This document shows, piece after piece, positions 1 to 12,299 of a stretch of 60,585 nt of DNA. This stretch comes from Saprolegnia diclina VS20 (Eukaryota): NCBI RefSeq assembly GCF_000281045.1, contig NW_008246068.1, forward strand, positions 993,441 to 1,054,025, read 5' to 3'. Position numbers and translations under genes: made by a program. The stretch's first letter is position 1. Each line of letters starts with the position of its first letter. A model generated the notes under the pieces. That model did not search any database and was not told the origin of the DNA. It worked only from the letters and a program-made list of their open reading frames with translations.

Positions 1-10
1 TACGATTGGC

Positions 11-1012
11 TCATCGGTGGACAAAGTCCTCGGCGTGGATCGCGGACGTACTGTGCACAAGAAGGCGCTTGAGTTGCGGACATTGGAGCTGAAGACCGTG
101 CGCTACCAGGCGTGACGCGCCCGTGAGGTTGAGTTTCACAAGACTCGGGCAGTCGAGCGTGACCGACTGCAAATGAAGCATCATGCAGGCGTCCAGCCTT
201 CGAAGGCACGACGAGCGGACGGCCAAGTGCGTTAGTTGCATCGATCCATCGACGTCGAGCCGTTGGAGATGCGGAGCGTGGACCTACGAGCACGCTTCAT
301 GACGACAGGGAGACAGCGCGGGATACAGTACGTCGACGACGAGAAGCACGTGGCACCGGCCAAGGTCCAAATTCTGCAAGGACGGATGCTCGGACGCCAG
401 TACAAAGCTGCTGAGCATGCCACACTCGGCAAACGAAGCGTGCGTCAGTGACGGCAGCGCATGGACGAGCGCGTCCGCGTGCTGGAACGTCGCGGACGTG
501 GTGACGGTCAGATGCGTCACGGCCACATTATCCCCACGTATCTCAAGCTGCTTGAGGTTCATGTTGCGCTCAAAGCGCACATGCGTCAACGCCCGCGAGG
601 CCAAAATGTGCACGTGGGCGAGCAAGTGGCAGCTCACAACGGTCAAGGACGTAAGCTGCGACGCGCTGCGCGTGATGGACGCGATGTGGCCGTCTTGGAG
701 AAAGGCAACGTCCGAGAGGGTAATGTCGCGGAGGTACGCAAACGTAGCTAGCGCGTGCAAGCTGTCTGTCGGTAGGTAGCACTGCGTCACGCGCAGCTGC
801 TTCGCGCCGCGGAAGAAGCGTGCGACGTGGGCGAGGCGGGTGTTGATTGGCGTGGCCTGCACGAGGCTGATGGCATCGACGTGCTGGGCAGCGCCGCGGA
901 AGCCGCGACTCGTGCTTGATGCGCGGAGGATATCGCGCGGGCTCAAGAAGCTCAGGACATGCCGGCGCAGCGCCTCAATGTCGTGCCAGCATAGCACATG
1001 CTCCTCGGCCAT
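11..1012 (-). CDS. F-box-like / leucine-rich-repeat protein (2 exons)
   Basis: The N-terminus LRRHVLSFLSPRDILRASSTSRGF is F-box-like and is followed by LxxLxL repeats (LTSLTVVSC, LQNLDLGRC, LRRLDACM, LVKLNLTG). A 48-nt GT..AG intron at 331-284 joins ORF 284..1012 in frame to ORF 11..241. Confidence 0.8.
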
Positions 1013-1932
1013 CTTTGGTTTTGGCAGCGTATCCGGACAATCCTACGGAACCGGATGCCAGTGATACGGCAAAGTGGCGCCTGTCTCGATCGGTGTGCCC
1101 CGACACCGAGGGAGCTCACTACATGTGCTGGTTTACGAGGTTATAGTCCTTCGTGTTGTAGCCGCAGTTACCGAATAGTCGATCGACCGCCGTTGCATTT
1201 GATGCACGGCCGCAACGAGGGTTGGATCAGAAAGGGAAGGACATGCCGGGTGCTGAAGCGCAACCTGGTGGTGCGCTCGATCAAGCGATATCGATCAAAT
1301 TCAACCTCTAGGCTGGTCAACGAGGTCGCAAGTATTTACCGTGCCAGCGGAGGACGCGAAAAAGGTGCGAGAATGAGAACTTATTCATAAATACAATGGA
1401 TTTTTTATGCCAGCACCGTCAGCGTCTCTGCCACAACCGCGTCGAACTTCATCGACGCGATCTTTGCCTGTACTGGATTGATCAAGGTAACGCGACATCA
1501 ATCGCTCATGGTGAACAGCCTGACGAAGGCCTCGGAGGATCGGTCAAACGACCAAAAGTTATGGATCGAGTGCTGCCCTGTCCCTGGCCGCTGCCGTCAC
1601 ACCATGGTCGAGCATAGCATCGGCACGACCGTGCCATAGACGCAGCGTCAACCAACGAAGGTACGTTGCAGCGAGCGCCTTTACGACAGCTTGACGACGC
1701 CACGCGAGTCCTTCCGTAGAAACGACCTTTTCATGTGCAAGGCGCGACAACGAAGAACATGTATATCTCGTAGAAATCAATTCTGCATATAGATATATGA
1801 ACAAACTAGAAGCAATCAATCGACTGCGGTCGCATTTGTGGGTTCCACAACGTAGCGTGGCCTTTCGGACAAAACAGCTGGCGTCAAGTTCTAACCAATG
1901 AGACACAACGCGGCGGCTGCAACTTGGCAACC

Positions 1933-3093
1933 ATGAAGGAGACGACGGAGCGCCGGCGGCGGAACCGCGAGCACGTGCGAAAGCACCGCGAGCTCAATGC
2001 GCTCGAAAAGCAAGGCCTCAAAGACTATGTCGCGCGGCTTCAAGCAACCGTCAACGAGCTCACGTCGATACAGGACGCCCGGCGTCCGCTCCACTGGCGC
2101 GACGTCGCGATGGCACTGCGCGCCGAGTCGGACCGCGCGGTGTCCGAGCAGCAACATCTCCGCGCCTCGCTGCAGCGCCAAGAGCACGTCGCCCAGGCGC
2201 TGTGGTCGTACTGTCTCTCGATGCAAGCGACGGTGCGCCTTCTACGACAGCTACTCGATTGGTCTCACCCCCGTTGTAGCCTCGGCCGTTGACAACAACG
2301 ACGTCCTGGCGCCACGCCAGCGTGCTCGGAACGACGCCGTCGGCGCGTCGACGGGGCTTTGAGTGGCTACTGCAGCACATGAAGTGCAATTTGGGCCGTG
2401 CGTTTGACGGCGTCTTTGTACCGGGTGACGCGGGGCCCGGCTTGCGCCTGCACATGACGCCGATAGGGGCTCTTGGCGCGCACATTGTGGTGCAGAAGCA
2501 CCGTGTCGACCCGTTCGCGCTCGAGACCGTGTTTCAGTACTTTGCGACGCAGCATGCGGAACAAATGGTAGGACCTTGTGCACAGCATCTGTCTGAAAGA
2601 GTGTAGAGGCTTGAAGACGTGGCCCCCGACCTGCGCTATGTTCGTTATCACTATGGAAGCGCGTCGCAAAACATTGCGCTCCAGTACTTTCGCGAGCACG
2701 GACGCATCTTACTCCTCTCGCGCGGCATCGAGCACGACGACGTGGTGCCCACCGGTCTCCTCAAGCGAACGTGGATGGACTGGTACGAAGTGCGATGCAA
2801 AAATTGTTTGTGGAAACCTGCAACTGTTTAGGATTGTCTTGACACCGATTGGCGAAAACGCAACGATGATTCAAGAGGTCTACGAGTCGACGAGCTGGTA
2901 CGGTGGCGACGGTGCTTTTGTGCCGCTGGAGACGACGTCGCCATGGTACCAACAAGCAGTGCGGTTGCTTCCGGCGTCCGCGCCGCGAGATGAGGTCTTT
3001 GAGCGCTATCGGCTCCTCTTCCAAACGTACCTCGACGAGGCGTTTCCGAATAGCGAGGTTGCTGGCTGCCGCGAGTGGTGCCGCAACCATTAA
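1933..3093 (+). CDS. Hypothetical protein with N-terminal bZIP-like basic/coiled-coil region (multi-exon)
   Basis: MKETTERRRRNREHVRKHRELNALEKQGLKDYVARLQATVNEL is followed by an LHWRDVA motif. Exons are joined by short GT..AG introns (e.g. 2233-2279). The architecture matches the gene at 4590. Confidence 0.7.
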
Positions 3094-4589
3094 CGAAATG
3101 CGTAAAGCCCCGTTCTGCACCTGCATATACACTTGGATAGATCCTTGGGTAGAACAGAGAATCAAACCATGACACCACGCCGATAGGAAGCAACGACGCT
3201 CGTTGCCAATGGCATCGCCGACGTTTTGGTCGTGAAGTAGCCCGTCCTGTTCGCCAAACCAATGATTTTGCACTGGATTTGCATCGGTTTTACATGAAGG
3301 AAATAAGAGCAATGTCGTTTTTCCTTGTTTTCCATGTATTACCAGTATGCAGATACGGTACGGCTTGAGTTCAACAATGTCATTGGGTACGAAATGGCAC
3401 GGATCGTTTACTACGCTCGGCGAAGGGCAAACACATCAATAGTCATTGATGTTGAAGGTAGGGGTCGTTACCATATGTCTCTATAATGAGATTTCGCGGG
3501 ATGTGTGCGCCGACTGGCAAACTGGATTCAAAATGGCGCCAAGTGCGGTGGAATGAGCCACGGAGTCATACGCATGCTTCAAGTTAACACTGCGGGGCGT
3601 TTATAACCGACACGTGTGATGCTTCCGAGAAGGACTGGCTCATTCTGTCTTCTATTCGCACCCTAGTCGAAACGTGGATAGTCGTGTTTTATGGCTATTC
3701 TCTGATTCTCATCTTTATAAGTGAAAAAAATCTGCAGCACTGCCTTTCCCTCGAGGGCGCGCCGTCTAAATAAGATCTGAATCAGACAACTGCTTGACGG
3801 TTCATGCGAGACACTGATCCCGACAGTCCGGTTGCCATTTCGGCATTGCATGGAATAACCACTCAAAACCCATCGTTTGGGTTACTCGACACAATATCGC
3901 AGGTACCCACGGTTATGTATACGCACTCGCAAAACACTTCGAGAGATTTTTGGGCGAGTACAAAAACAGGCCACCATCTCTGATTCACATTATTGCCTTG
4001 AAAAAACTACAGAATCCTTGTCCAGCAAATTATTGCCCAAGCACGCTGCGTCACGAGAGATGTTGTCTTCTGTGACGCGCTTGTGCGAGCGCAGTGGGGT
4101 TGTCCCGAAAGCTCATTTTCTTTTGACGCTCGAATTGTCGTCAAAGATACCGACTCTCAAGGCTTGGCCAATGACACGACCGATCGTGGCAATGTGGCCA
4201 ATCAAACCGCTGGCAAATGGTGTGAGCCAGAAAGCAAAACTTTGAGCCGCATACACACCATCGTTGATCGTTGGGAGGGGCCACTGGATACAACGACAGC
4301 GTGTCGGCCAGTACAGGCGAATTCCAGTGGATGGGTTGTCGTGCTCGGCTCCTTTCCAACATCTCTTTTGATTTGCACAGAAATGCTTGCGGTCGCCATA
4401 CGATCGAAACGAGCGACATGGAGAGCGCGTCAAAACACATGTCGTGGTGCCCACTGGGTGAGCTCCCAATCAGCGCGGACCACGGCACGGCATCACGCGG
4501 CGTGTCCTTTCTCGACTAGTCAGCTACTACTTCAAGACCGAGCCATTAACGTGGTGGGTTCTTATTTTTCATTTCGCGTTAGCTGCGCC

Positions 4590-5786
4590 ATGTGGACACC
4601 ACCCCTGTCGTTTCGCCAAGGCATGTACGACCTCCAAGTCAACGCCGACCCGACGCTGCGTCCTGTGCAGGAGAAGCGCCAGCGACACCGCGAGGCCCAG
4701 CGCCGGTACCGGTACCTCATCGCGCTCGAGGCGACTGCGCTCGAAGACGAGATCCCGCTTTTAGAGCAGCGCCTGGCTCAGCTGCAGTATCAACAGACAC
4801 AGAAAACTCGGACTACGTCGCACGTCGCGTGGAAAGACATTGCACTGGCGCTCGAAGAAGAGGCGTTGATGAGCAAAGAGGTCCAGCGGGCTCTGCAGCA
4901 GCAAGTTGCCGAGGCCGAAACCCGCGCGTCCTTGCTGGCTGCGTGGGTACAGCGCATGACAGCACCGGTACCATCACCACACGTTTCTGATACCCAGCTG
5001 TGTGCTGACGCTCTTTGTGTGGATAGCAAGCCTCCCCGTCGTCGCCTAGTCGTCCCTTGGCGGGCCTGTTGGACGAGCCCGTGAGCCGTGCCACTGGCGC
5101 TGTCTGGATCATGGACCAGCTCCACCAGCGATTCCCACAGCTCTACGCGCAGGCGCCGTTCCCGCGTGACGTCAGAAGCGCACCATTTGTGCGCGTCAGC
5201 GTCTCGGAGCTGGAGGACACGTACTGCACGATGGTGCACCAGCAATATGTGGTGCTTTCTCCGCTGCATGTCGTGCTGACTGCATGCGAAACCATTGCGG
5301 CCACCGAGGTTTGACACCCTATGGTTTGTGTGTCACTGACTTTCGAATATGTAGGAGATGGAACGCCTTGGGGACGACATTGTCTACTGTCGTGACACGA
5401 ATGACACACACAACTTACTCATTCGAACAGTTCAAGAACCATGCAAGTTCATTCGGCTGGTCCAAGGCATCGAGGACGACCCGAAGCATCCGCTCCAAGG
5501 GCACACGCGTAGCTGGACGAGCTGGACCATAGGCACAGCGTTGAGCGACGGCACGACGCTGCTACAAAAAGGCTACGACTACTCGGGGTGCCGAGTCCAC
5601 GGCGCGTTCGCACCACTGGAGACCGCCGAACCCGTGATTCAGGTGCTCATGGCCAACAATGTGCCCCGCACCGAGTGGCGCGCCGCGTACGAAGCCGCAT
5701 ACCAAACGTACTATGAGATGGAAATGCAAAACGATGTCGCCACCTTGACAGACACCATTGCGCGCCTCGGAGCGAACGTGGCATGA
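4590..5786 (+). CDS. Hypothetical protein with N-terminal bZIP-like basic/coiled-coil region, paralog of 1933..3093 (multi-exon)
   Basis: EKRQRHREAQRRYRYLIALEATALEDEIPLLEQRLAQL, VAWKDIA, then GIEDDP..RSWTSW and GAFAPLET, versus GIEHDD..RTWMDW and GAFVPLET in the paralog. Introns lie at about 4983-5026 and 5309-5355. Confidence 0.7.
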
Positions 5787-6203
5787 AACCCATTTAAGTT
5801 TAGTAAATTTATAGCCTTTTATTGTCGCAAAGACTGCATCCGGTATGGCGACTGTAGACACTCGTTTGAAATTGACGAGAAAGAATGAGCGCAGCATGGT
5901 CGTTTTCAAGTGCGGGAGTAACGAAATGATGTGTCGGTGGAAGCCGAATCGAACTTGGATGCACGTTGACAGTCGTGAGAAGCACGAGACGCGACGTTTT
6001 TGCTCGTCTATAATTGCGATTTTGATTTTGACGTCATTCACGACTACTAGTACCTAGGACGCAGTGACGCCACCCCAAGGGAATACTAGTCACAAGGGGA
6101 TAAAACCTGATTTAATCATGTGCGCCATCAAGTTCCATCTGTCTGGCCGAACGCCTGGTACAACGGTAGGGTAGCATGTACAATGTGTTTGGGGCTAACG
6201 TTA

Positions 6204-6251
6204 GGCGCTGGTCTCCGAACGTCCACTTCAACTCGAGTTGCCTCAATTTTC
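6204..6251 (+). repeat. Left terminal inverted repeat of Harbinger element
   Basis: Exact reverse complement of 7091-7138. It extends a further 7 nt with one mismatch. Confidence 0.95.
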
Positions 6252-6367
6252 AAAAATGCAGGCGTCGGACAGTACGGATAAAATTTATCCGGTAGCCTCC
6301 GTAGTTGGCCCAAATTTGCCTGGTTTGCGAACGCACATTTGCGAGTCAACTCACTCGAGGACTGTGA

Positions 6368-6810
6368 ATGGACCGCACGCATCGTTTTGCGTCGGCGGTC
6401 GCGGCAGCCGTGGGCTGTGCTGGAGCTGCGCTTGCTGTGGCTCATACCGTCATGCGCGAGGACAAGTTCAACATTCTAACCATAATAGAGGTCGAGTTCG
6501 ATTACGTGATTCGCGATCCTCGCTACAGCCAGTGGTTCATCAACAACCTCCGCTGCTTCCAAGCCACGTTTCGCGCTCTTGTGTCCACGCTCCGCGTCTA
6601 CATGAGCGACTACAAGTTCCGCAAGTCCGCGCATTCCTTCGCCAAGAAGGTCGCCGTACAGCTGTACTTCTTCGCCAGCGAGGGCGGGTACCGCTCGGTG
6701 TGTCCAAGTCGTGGTGTATCTACATCGTGCGAGCATTTTCCGACGGCACGCTCATCGACATCGAGCGCCCTAAGGTCTACGACGGCTTCTTCAACCGCCA
6801 TGGTGACCCA
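6368..6810 (+). pseudogene. Truncated, frameshifted Harbinger (DDE_Tnp_4/HARBI1-like) transposase
   Basis: WFINNLRCFQATFRALV..KKVAVQLYFFASEGGYR, then in another frame LGVSKSWCI and DGTLIDIERPKVYDGFFNRHGDP, which matches the IDGTxIxI..YxNRKG first catalytic motif. The sequence breaks off before the second D and the E. Confidence 0.85.
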
Positions 6811-6811
6811 C

Positions 6812-7057
6812 GTCTGGCGTCGTGACCGCTGGAGGTGGTGTAGGCAGCGGCGTTGCAGCAGGCGGCGGTAGCATCATGGTGGCAGCCTTCTCGGTGGCAG
6901 CCTTCTTGGTCACCTTGCGCTGTACAGGCGCCTTGGGCGTGGTGTTCGACGCGCCTCGCGTTGCGCGCCCCGCTATTGTGCGATAAAAACCAAAACTCGC
7001 AGTCGATGCAACGGAAGTCGATTCGGAATCAACTCCAATCCCCTCCAGTGATGCCAC
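6812..7057 (-). pseudogene. Probable 5' remnant of the second (accessory) Harbinger ORF
   Basis: An open frame starts (at GTG) just inside the right subterminal repeat and converges on the transposase. It is K/T/P-rich and ends at the deletion junction. The DNA-binding domain is not visible. Confidence 0.45.
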
Positions 7058-7090
7058 AAGCCGGATAAATTTTATCCGTATGACATTTTA

Positions 7091-7138
7091 GAAAATTGAG
7101 GCAACTCGAGTTGAAGTGGACGTTCGGAGACCAGCGCC
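7091..7138 (-). repeat. Right terminal inverted repeat of Harbinger element
   Basis: Exact reverse complement of 6204-6251, followed by the TTA TSD. Confidence 0.95.
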
Positions 7139-7253
7139 TTAGGAAATAATCCACGGAATGGCGTTTTCTCTTGTGGCAAGATGTATTGCGTCCGGTCGCT
7201 GCGCAAAGGCTCTACGGTTTGCCACCTCAACCATGTTTACTCCCTGAAGGAAT

Positions 7254-7334
7254 GTATCCGACACCCTTTTGTCCAACGCCATTGTCTCCAACGCGGTATG
7301 GGAGCTGCCGTCGCCTTCGTTCGAGCGCATGAAG
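7254..7334 (+). pseudogene. Short inverted fragment of an S33 peptidase paralog
   Basis: Translates VSDTLLSNAIVSNAVWELPSPSFERMK, versus ASDDLLYNNIVFNEIWELPSPSFERFR in the paralog near 13100. It lies on the opposite strand to the array. Confidence 0.75.
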
Positions 7335-7392
7335 CCGCCAAGATGTTCTGTTATTCTCTGTCGAACTGGTCGTAGTACTGTCTTAGGGAAGT

Positions 7393-9528
7393 CTAAACGA
7401 CCTCACTCTTGGCCGCTTCCGGAGCCTTTTCGTCCACGACAGCGTCGTCGATGCCCGCGTTCGCAGCTGCCGTCGTCGTGGCGCGCTGCAACTTCTTGAC
7501 GTACAAAGCCATGCCCATAACCGCGAGGACACAAGCCACCATGACCGACACCATCGCCACCATCTCGATCTTGAAGTTGGCGTCCACCGTGGCCACCGCG
7601 CTCTGCACCGCAACTGGAACGGCCCGCGGCTTGTCGACCGTGGCGACTACGCTCGGCACCGGCGTTGGCGCTTCGTCGCCGTACATGTCGGTCGAGTTGC
7701 CAAAGTACTGCTCGCCCACGAACGGAACGAGAATGTTCGAAAACTGCGGCGGCAGAACGTTCTTGACGCACGATGTGTCGAGCTTCTGGAGGTCACCGTT
7801 CAGCTGCAAGTACATGCTGACGACTTGCTGGCCACAGTGTTTCGAGAGGTCCTATATTCGGTTCAAATAAGCACATGCTTATCCATTGCACAAGCGCGCA
7901 CCGTGAGATCCGTCGGCGTCGTGTGAATCGAGCCGTGCCCGCCATATGCAAAGTCCACGAGGAGCTTGTTGGCACCTGCCATGGATGCAAATTCTTGCTT
8001 GGCGTACTTGGGAATCGTCTGCGCATCAAGGCCACCGGAGAGCATGAGGACGCTGGCACCAGCAGGAACAGCGGCCGTCTTGTCCCAATACTGGTCGCGC
8101 GTGTAGAAGAACGAGTTCTTGAATGGCGGCGCGTCGCGGCAGAGCTCCTTGTCGCTGTTGCCCGTAAAGAGACAGTACATACTTACTGCAGCAGGCGAAT
8201 CGTTCGTGCTACCGCGCCACGTCGTCGCCAGCGCATCTTGAACGAGCGACGTGACGTTGGGCAACGGCAGCTTGGTGAGCTCGGTGCTGACAATGTTGTA
8301 GTATACGATGTCGTCCCCATCAGAATCCTCGGAGCGATCGGTAAGGAGCCGGTCGAGAAAAGCCGACTCGCTCGTGTACTCGGTGACGCACTTGCTGAGG
8401 CGGTAGACAATGGCAGGAATCAAGTTGATCCCGTAATACCCTTGCGCCAAGCTCGAAAAGAGGGGCCCCAAAAAGTCGGACGGTCGCCCTTTGGCCGCGT
8501 ACACCTTTTGGGCACACTCCGTGTCGTTGGCATCGAGCTTCTTGAACAAGTCGAATGTAAACTGCTTGGCATTGGGGCCAATCTTGGACGCGCAGAGCGG
8601 GTCCTGGTCGCAAAGATCGTAGAGTTTGGTTTCTAGCACAAAGGAAATCGATGAGGACCCTATCCATTTCACTAAGAAGAAGAATGCCATACCAACGGTC
8701 GCGATGTCCTTGTTTCGGTCGCTCAGCGCAGTCACGGGGCTCTCGCTGACAATACCGTCGAGAATATAGCCCTTGACGTGCTTGGGCGCGAGGTGCATCA
8801 AGCGCTCGACCAAGTACGTGCCGTAGCTTATGCCGTAGACGTAAACGTCGTCGTCGGCGAGAAACGGACTCTCGATTATCGTCGCGAGGTCCGTCGCCGC
8901 GCTTGTGACGGAGAAGGCCTTGGGCGCGTCCGGGCCTACAAGAGATGTTGGTACATATTGTTCATAAAACGTATGACAATGCACCGTATTTGGCCTTGAG
9001 CACGGCAAAACAGTCGGAGAGCCATTGGTTGGAGGTCTCGTTCGTGCCATTTAGCTTCAATGTCGCGTCCGCCTTGCACTGCTCCACGAGGGCGGAGCTG
9101 CGACCAACACCGCGATGGTCCATCGTGTAGAAGCTTGTCGAGCCGTTTGCTGCCGCATAGAGAAGTGTCATGTAATCCTCCACTACAAACGGTGTGTGAG
9201 ATGTCGTACAAGACAATTCGAAATACGTACTTGCGTTGGACGGGATCCCGGGGCCGCCCTGGAGAAGCCACGCTGACTTTGCCGGCGACGTTGGTGCCGA
9301 GGCCGGATACCGCTTGAGAAAGACCGACATGGTCGCGGTGCTGTTGCAGACACCCAAATAGCAGACCGGCACTTGCACGTCGGCGCACTCGGCGCGAATC
9401 GTGATGCCGTCCATCGTGAAGGTGGTGTTTTGACCTGCGGAGAAGACGGGGCAGTCGACCCACTGGGGGCTCACCGAGGCCACCGCCACGGACGTTGCGA
9501 TCGCAGCAATGAAGAGGCGACAAAGCAT
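7393..9528 (-). CDS. Secreted, C-terminally membrane-anchored serine peptidase, family S33-like alpha/beta hydrolase (copy A, multi-exon)
   Basis: Signal peptide MLCRLFIAAIATSVAVA. Motifs LQGGPG, YTMDHRGVGRS, nucleophile YGISYGT, ILDG, acid GGLDAQT and His GGHG. C-terminal hydrophobic helix followed by KK. Confidence 0.88.
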
Positions 9529-10144
9529 ATTGGGAAATGGTATGAGCAACTTGCTCCTGCACGATCACGCCAGTGGGCCATCTGTCTCCACTTTGCGCAA
9601 GCTGCGACGTTCATGCCGCTGGGTTGTCGGGGCTGGCAAGGCGACTCTCTGTATGTGGGTGCACGGAATGTGCAAAGTATTGCTCTAATCAGTGTACAAC
9701 TGGTACCGATACGAGTATTCGATGCGCTAGCACCGCAACTTTCATCCACACGCCAAAACTACAGGCAAGCACTCGCGCAGACGGTACCTTCATTGACCCC
9801 GGCACGTATTTGTTCAGGTCACCTTCACAGGCCGCTTGGGCCTTTACCGGTAACACTGTTCTGGACAGGATTCCGCAACCGGACAACTAACGCTTTGACA
9901 CACAATTGGCGGCACAATTCACAACGCGTCAGTTGTCAATTGTACTTCTAATTGCGTGTCAAGTTCAAGCAGATGGACACTAGTTCATACTAATATCGCG
10001 TAAAAAACTAGTCACTCGCCATTGAGCGATTTCGCGTATCGAAAATGCTATTGCGTGTTTTCGCGAATAGGCACTATGTCGTGGGCGATTACAGACTAAA
10101 CAAATGCAGCATGTCCAAAAGTCGCAAGAAAACTCAGGTAGATA

Positions 10145-11850
10145 GTGAGATCTACCAATGCTAACTGGTTCCACGACAGCGTCGGCCGACGGTTTCTGGA
10201 TCGCAGTACCTTGGTCTCTGGCGCAGCCTCCGCACGCGTATTGCGGGCCTTGCGCATATACAGGGCAGCACCAAATGCAGCAAATACAATGGCAAACAAG
10301 GCACCAGCTGCCAACCACTTGCTCTTGTCGGCAACGGCGTCCACGTGTCGTATCGAGCATCGGTGACGCGCCAAGCGCGACGCAGTGACCACCCGTTGGA
10401 AACAACAACAAGCGCTTGTTGCTGCCATTCATGGCTGCGTATTCGAACTCGGCAGGCTTAAGGGTCTGCATGTCCAGGCCGCCAGAGAGCATGAACACAC
10501 TTGCCCCGGCCGGCACCGCCGCCGTCTTGTTCCAGAACTCGTCCTTTGTGTACTTGAACGACTGCGACGAACGCGATTGGCCGACGCAGACCGGATCGTC
10601 GTTGGCCGCGTCCATGCGCGTGTTGCCCACGACGTCGCTCGGTGCTATCCATTCAGAACCGAGAACGTTGGCCTCGACCGTGAGGAAGCGCGCGACAAAT
10701 TCATCTTGGCGCTTGTAGTTCTTCGCGCATTGGTCGAGGCGGTAAAGCACAGCGGGGATCATGTTGCGCCAGCTGATGTTTATATGTACTTGGTGAAGAC
10801 GGCGCCGAGGAAGGTCGAAGGCGTGCCCTGCGCGGCAAAGATCGTTTGGGCACACACCGTGTCGTTGGCATCGAGCTTCTTGAACACATTGAGCGTAAAC
10901 TGCTTGACATTGCGGTTGAGCTTGTAGCTGCACGCCGGATCGCGGTCGCAAATGCAATAGCACGTCGTTTCTACATCGAAAAGTGTAACAGCCATGAGGA
11001 CCCTAGCCCGCAACAATGTCAGCGTGACATACCCACGTCGGCTGCGTTACGGTCCCGGTGGGGGAAATATGAGACAGGGCTCTCGCTCATGACGCCGTCG
11101 AGGATATAGCCCTTGACATGCAAAGTGCATGAGCCGTTCGACCAAGTACGTGCCGTAGCTAGCGCCGTAGACGTATACATCGTCCTTGGCGAGCTGCTAG
11201 GGACTCGAAATGATCGACGCAAGATCCGAGGCTGCGCGTGTGACCGAAAAGCCCTTGGGTGCGTCTGGGCCTAGAAGGACAATGATGAGCAACATAGCTC
11301 TTGGAGGGTGTTGGAATACCATAGGTGTCCTTGATGCGGCCAATGCAGCCCGTGAACCAAGCCGTATTGGTTGTATATGTTTGGTTGGGGCAAAGTGCCT
11401 CCAGGCGAGTGCTGCGCCGCGTGCCACGATGGTCCATCGTGTACAGACTCATGAAGCCCTACGTCGACTAGTACATCTTCGTCATGGCGACCTCCACTAT
11501 AAACACATCATGCTCAGAATCGAGACGGCAGTCGTCGACGTACGGCTGTTGGACGCATACCCAGGGCCGCCTTGGAGGTACTTTACAGACTTGGGCGGCG
11601 TCGATGGCTCCGCAGCGGGATACCGCTTCACGAAGACGCTGAGCGTCTTGTCCTTTGTGCTACAGACGTTGTCGTAGCAGAGAGGCACATCGAGGTACAT
11701 GCTTTGCGCCGATGTGTTCTGGTAGGTGAACTCGGGCATCGTCTCGTTGCCGACCGTCGAGAACCACGGGCAGTTGTACCATTCATTGGTCGGCGTTGCC
11801 AGCATGGATGCCGCCAAGGCCAGAACCGGCGTGAGCGCCCAAGCGTGCAT
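10145..11850 (-). pseudogene. S33-like peptidase pseudogene (copy B)
   Basis: Same motifs (LQGGPG, YTMDHRG, YGASYGT, GGLDMQT, GGHC), but with an in-frame TAG near 11198 (ASIISSP*QLAKDD). An ~8-nt deletion causes a frameshift near 11122 (RLMHF/HVKGY), and there are further internal deletions. The 3' end is approximate. Confidence 0.8.
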
Positions 11851-12299
11851 TTTGAAAAGTGAAAGCGTTCGCTTGGACTTATCACATCATCTACCATCCA
11901 TGTCGCTTGGAATAATGGACTGAAGTGACGCTGAAGTCCAGAAAGGCGTGCAACGATCGTGAATGGATACCCTGTTGAGCTGTGTGATTGCATGTTTATT
12001 CGCCAATGATGCAGTGCTAAGGCGTACGATTCGCCGATTTATAGCCAATTTTATGGCGCGAGGCACGGAATTGATCGCACGCCTTCAAGTTGACACAAAC
12101 CACATGCAACGTCCATGCAAAATACTGCAGTACTAGTACTAGTACAAGAGAACAAATATCTTTCGGTCCCACCGGATACTCACTTGCAAATATCAACTTG
12201 AACGCAAACCTCCTCCTCTGACAGATGTTACAAGGTGATGGTTGCGTGCAATCACAAAACTGGTATTCAAAAGAGCGGTCTTCGGGCTCTAGAATCAAG

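Larger units (their letters stand above)
6204..7138. mobile_element. Non-autonomous, internally deleted PIF/Harbinger DNA transposon (935 bp)
   Basis: Perfect 48-bp terminal inverted repeats (6204-6251 and 7091-7138, starting GGCGCTGGTCTCCGAACG). TTA flanks both ends (6201-6203, 7139-7141), the typical PIF/Harbinger TSD. There is a 20-bp subterminal inverted repeat (6273-6292 / 7061-7080) and an internal transposase remnant. Confidence 0.95.

Noticed and set aside
3100..4560. Lower-GC intergenic stretch with short ORFs and the 5' extension of ORF 4083..5084
   Set aside because: No motifs or coding-like composition. The gene more plausibly starts at ATG 4590.
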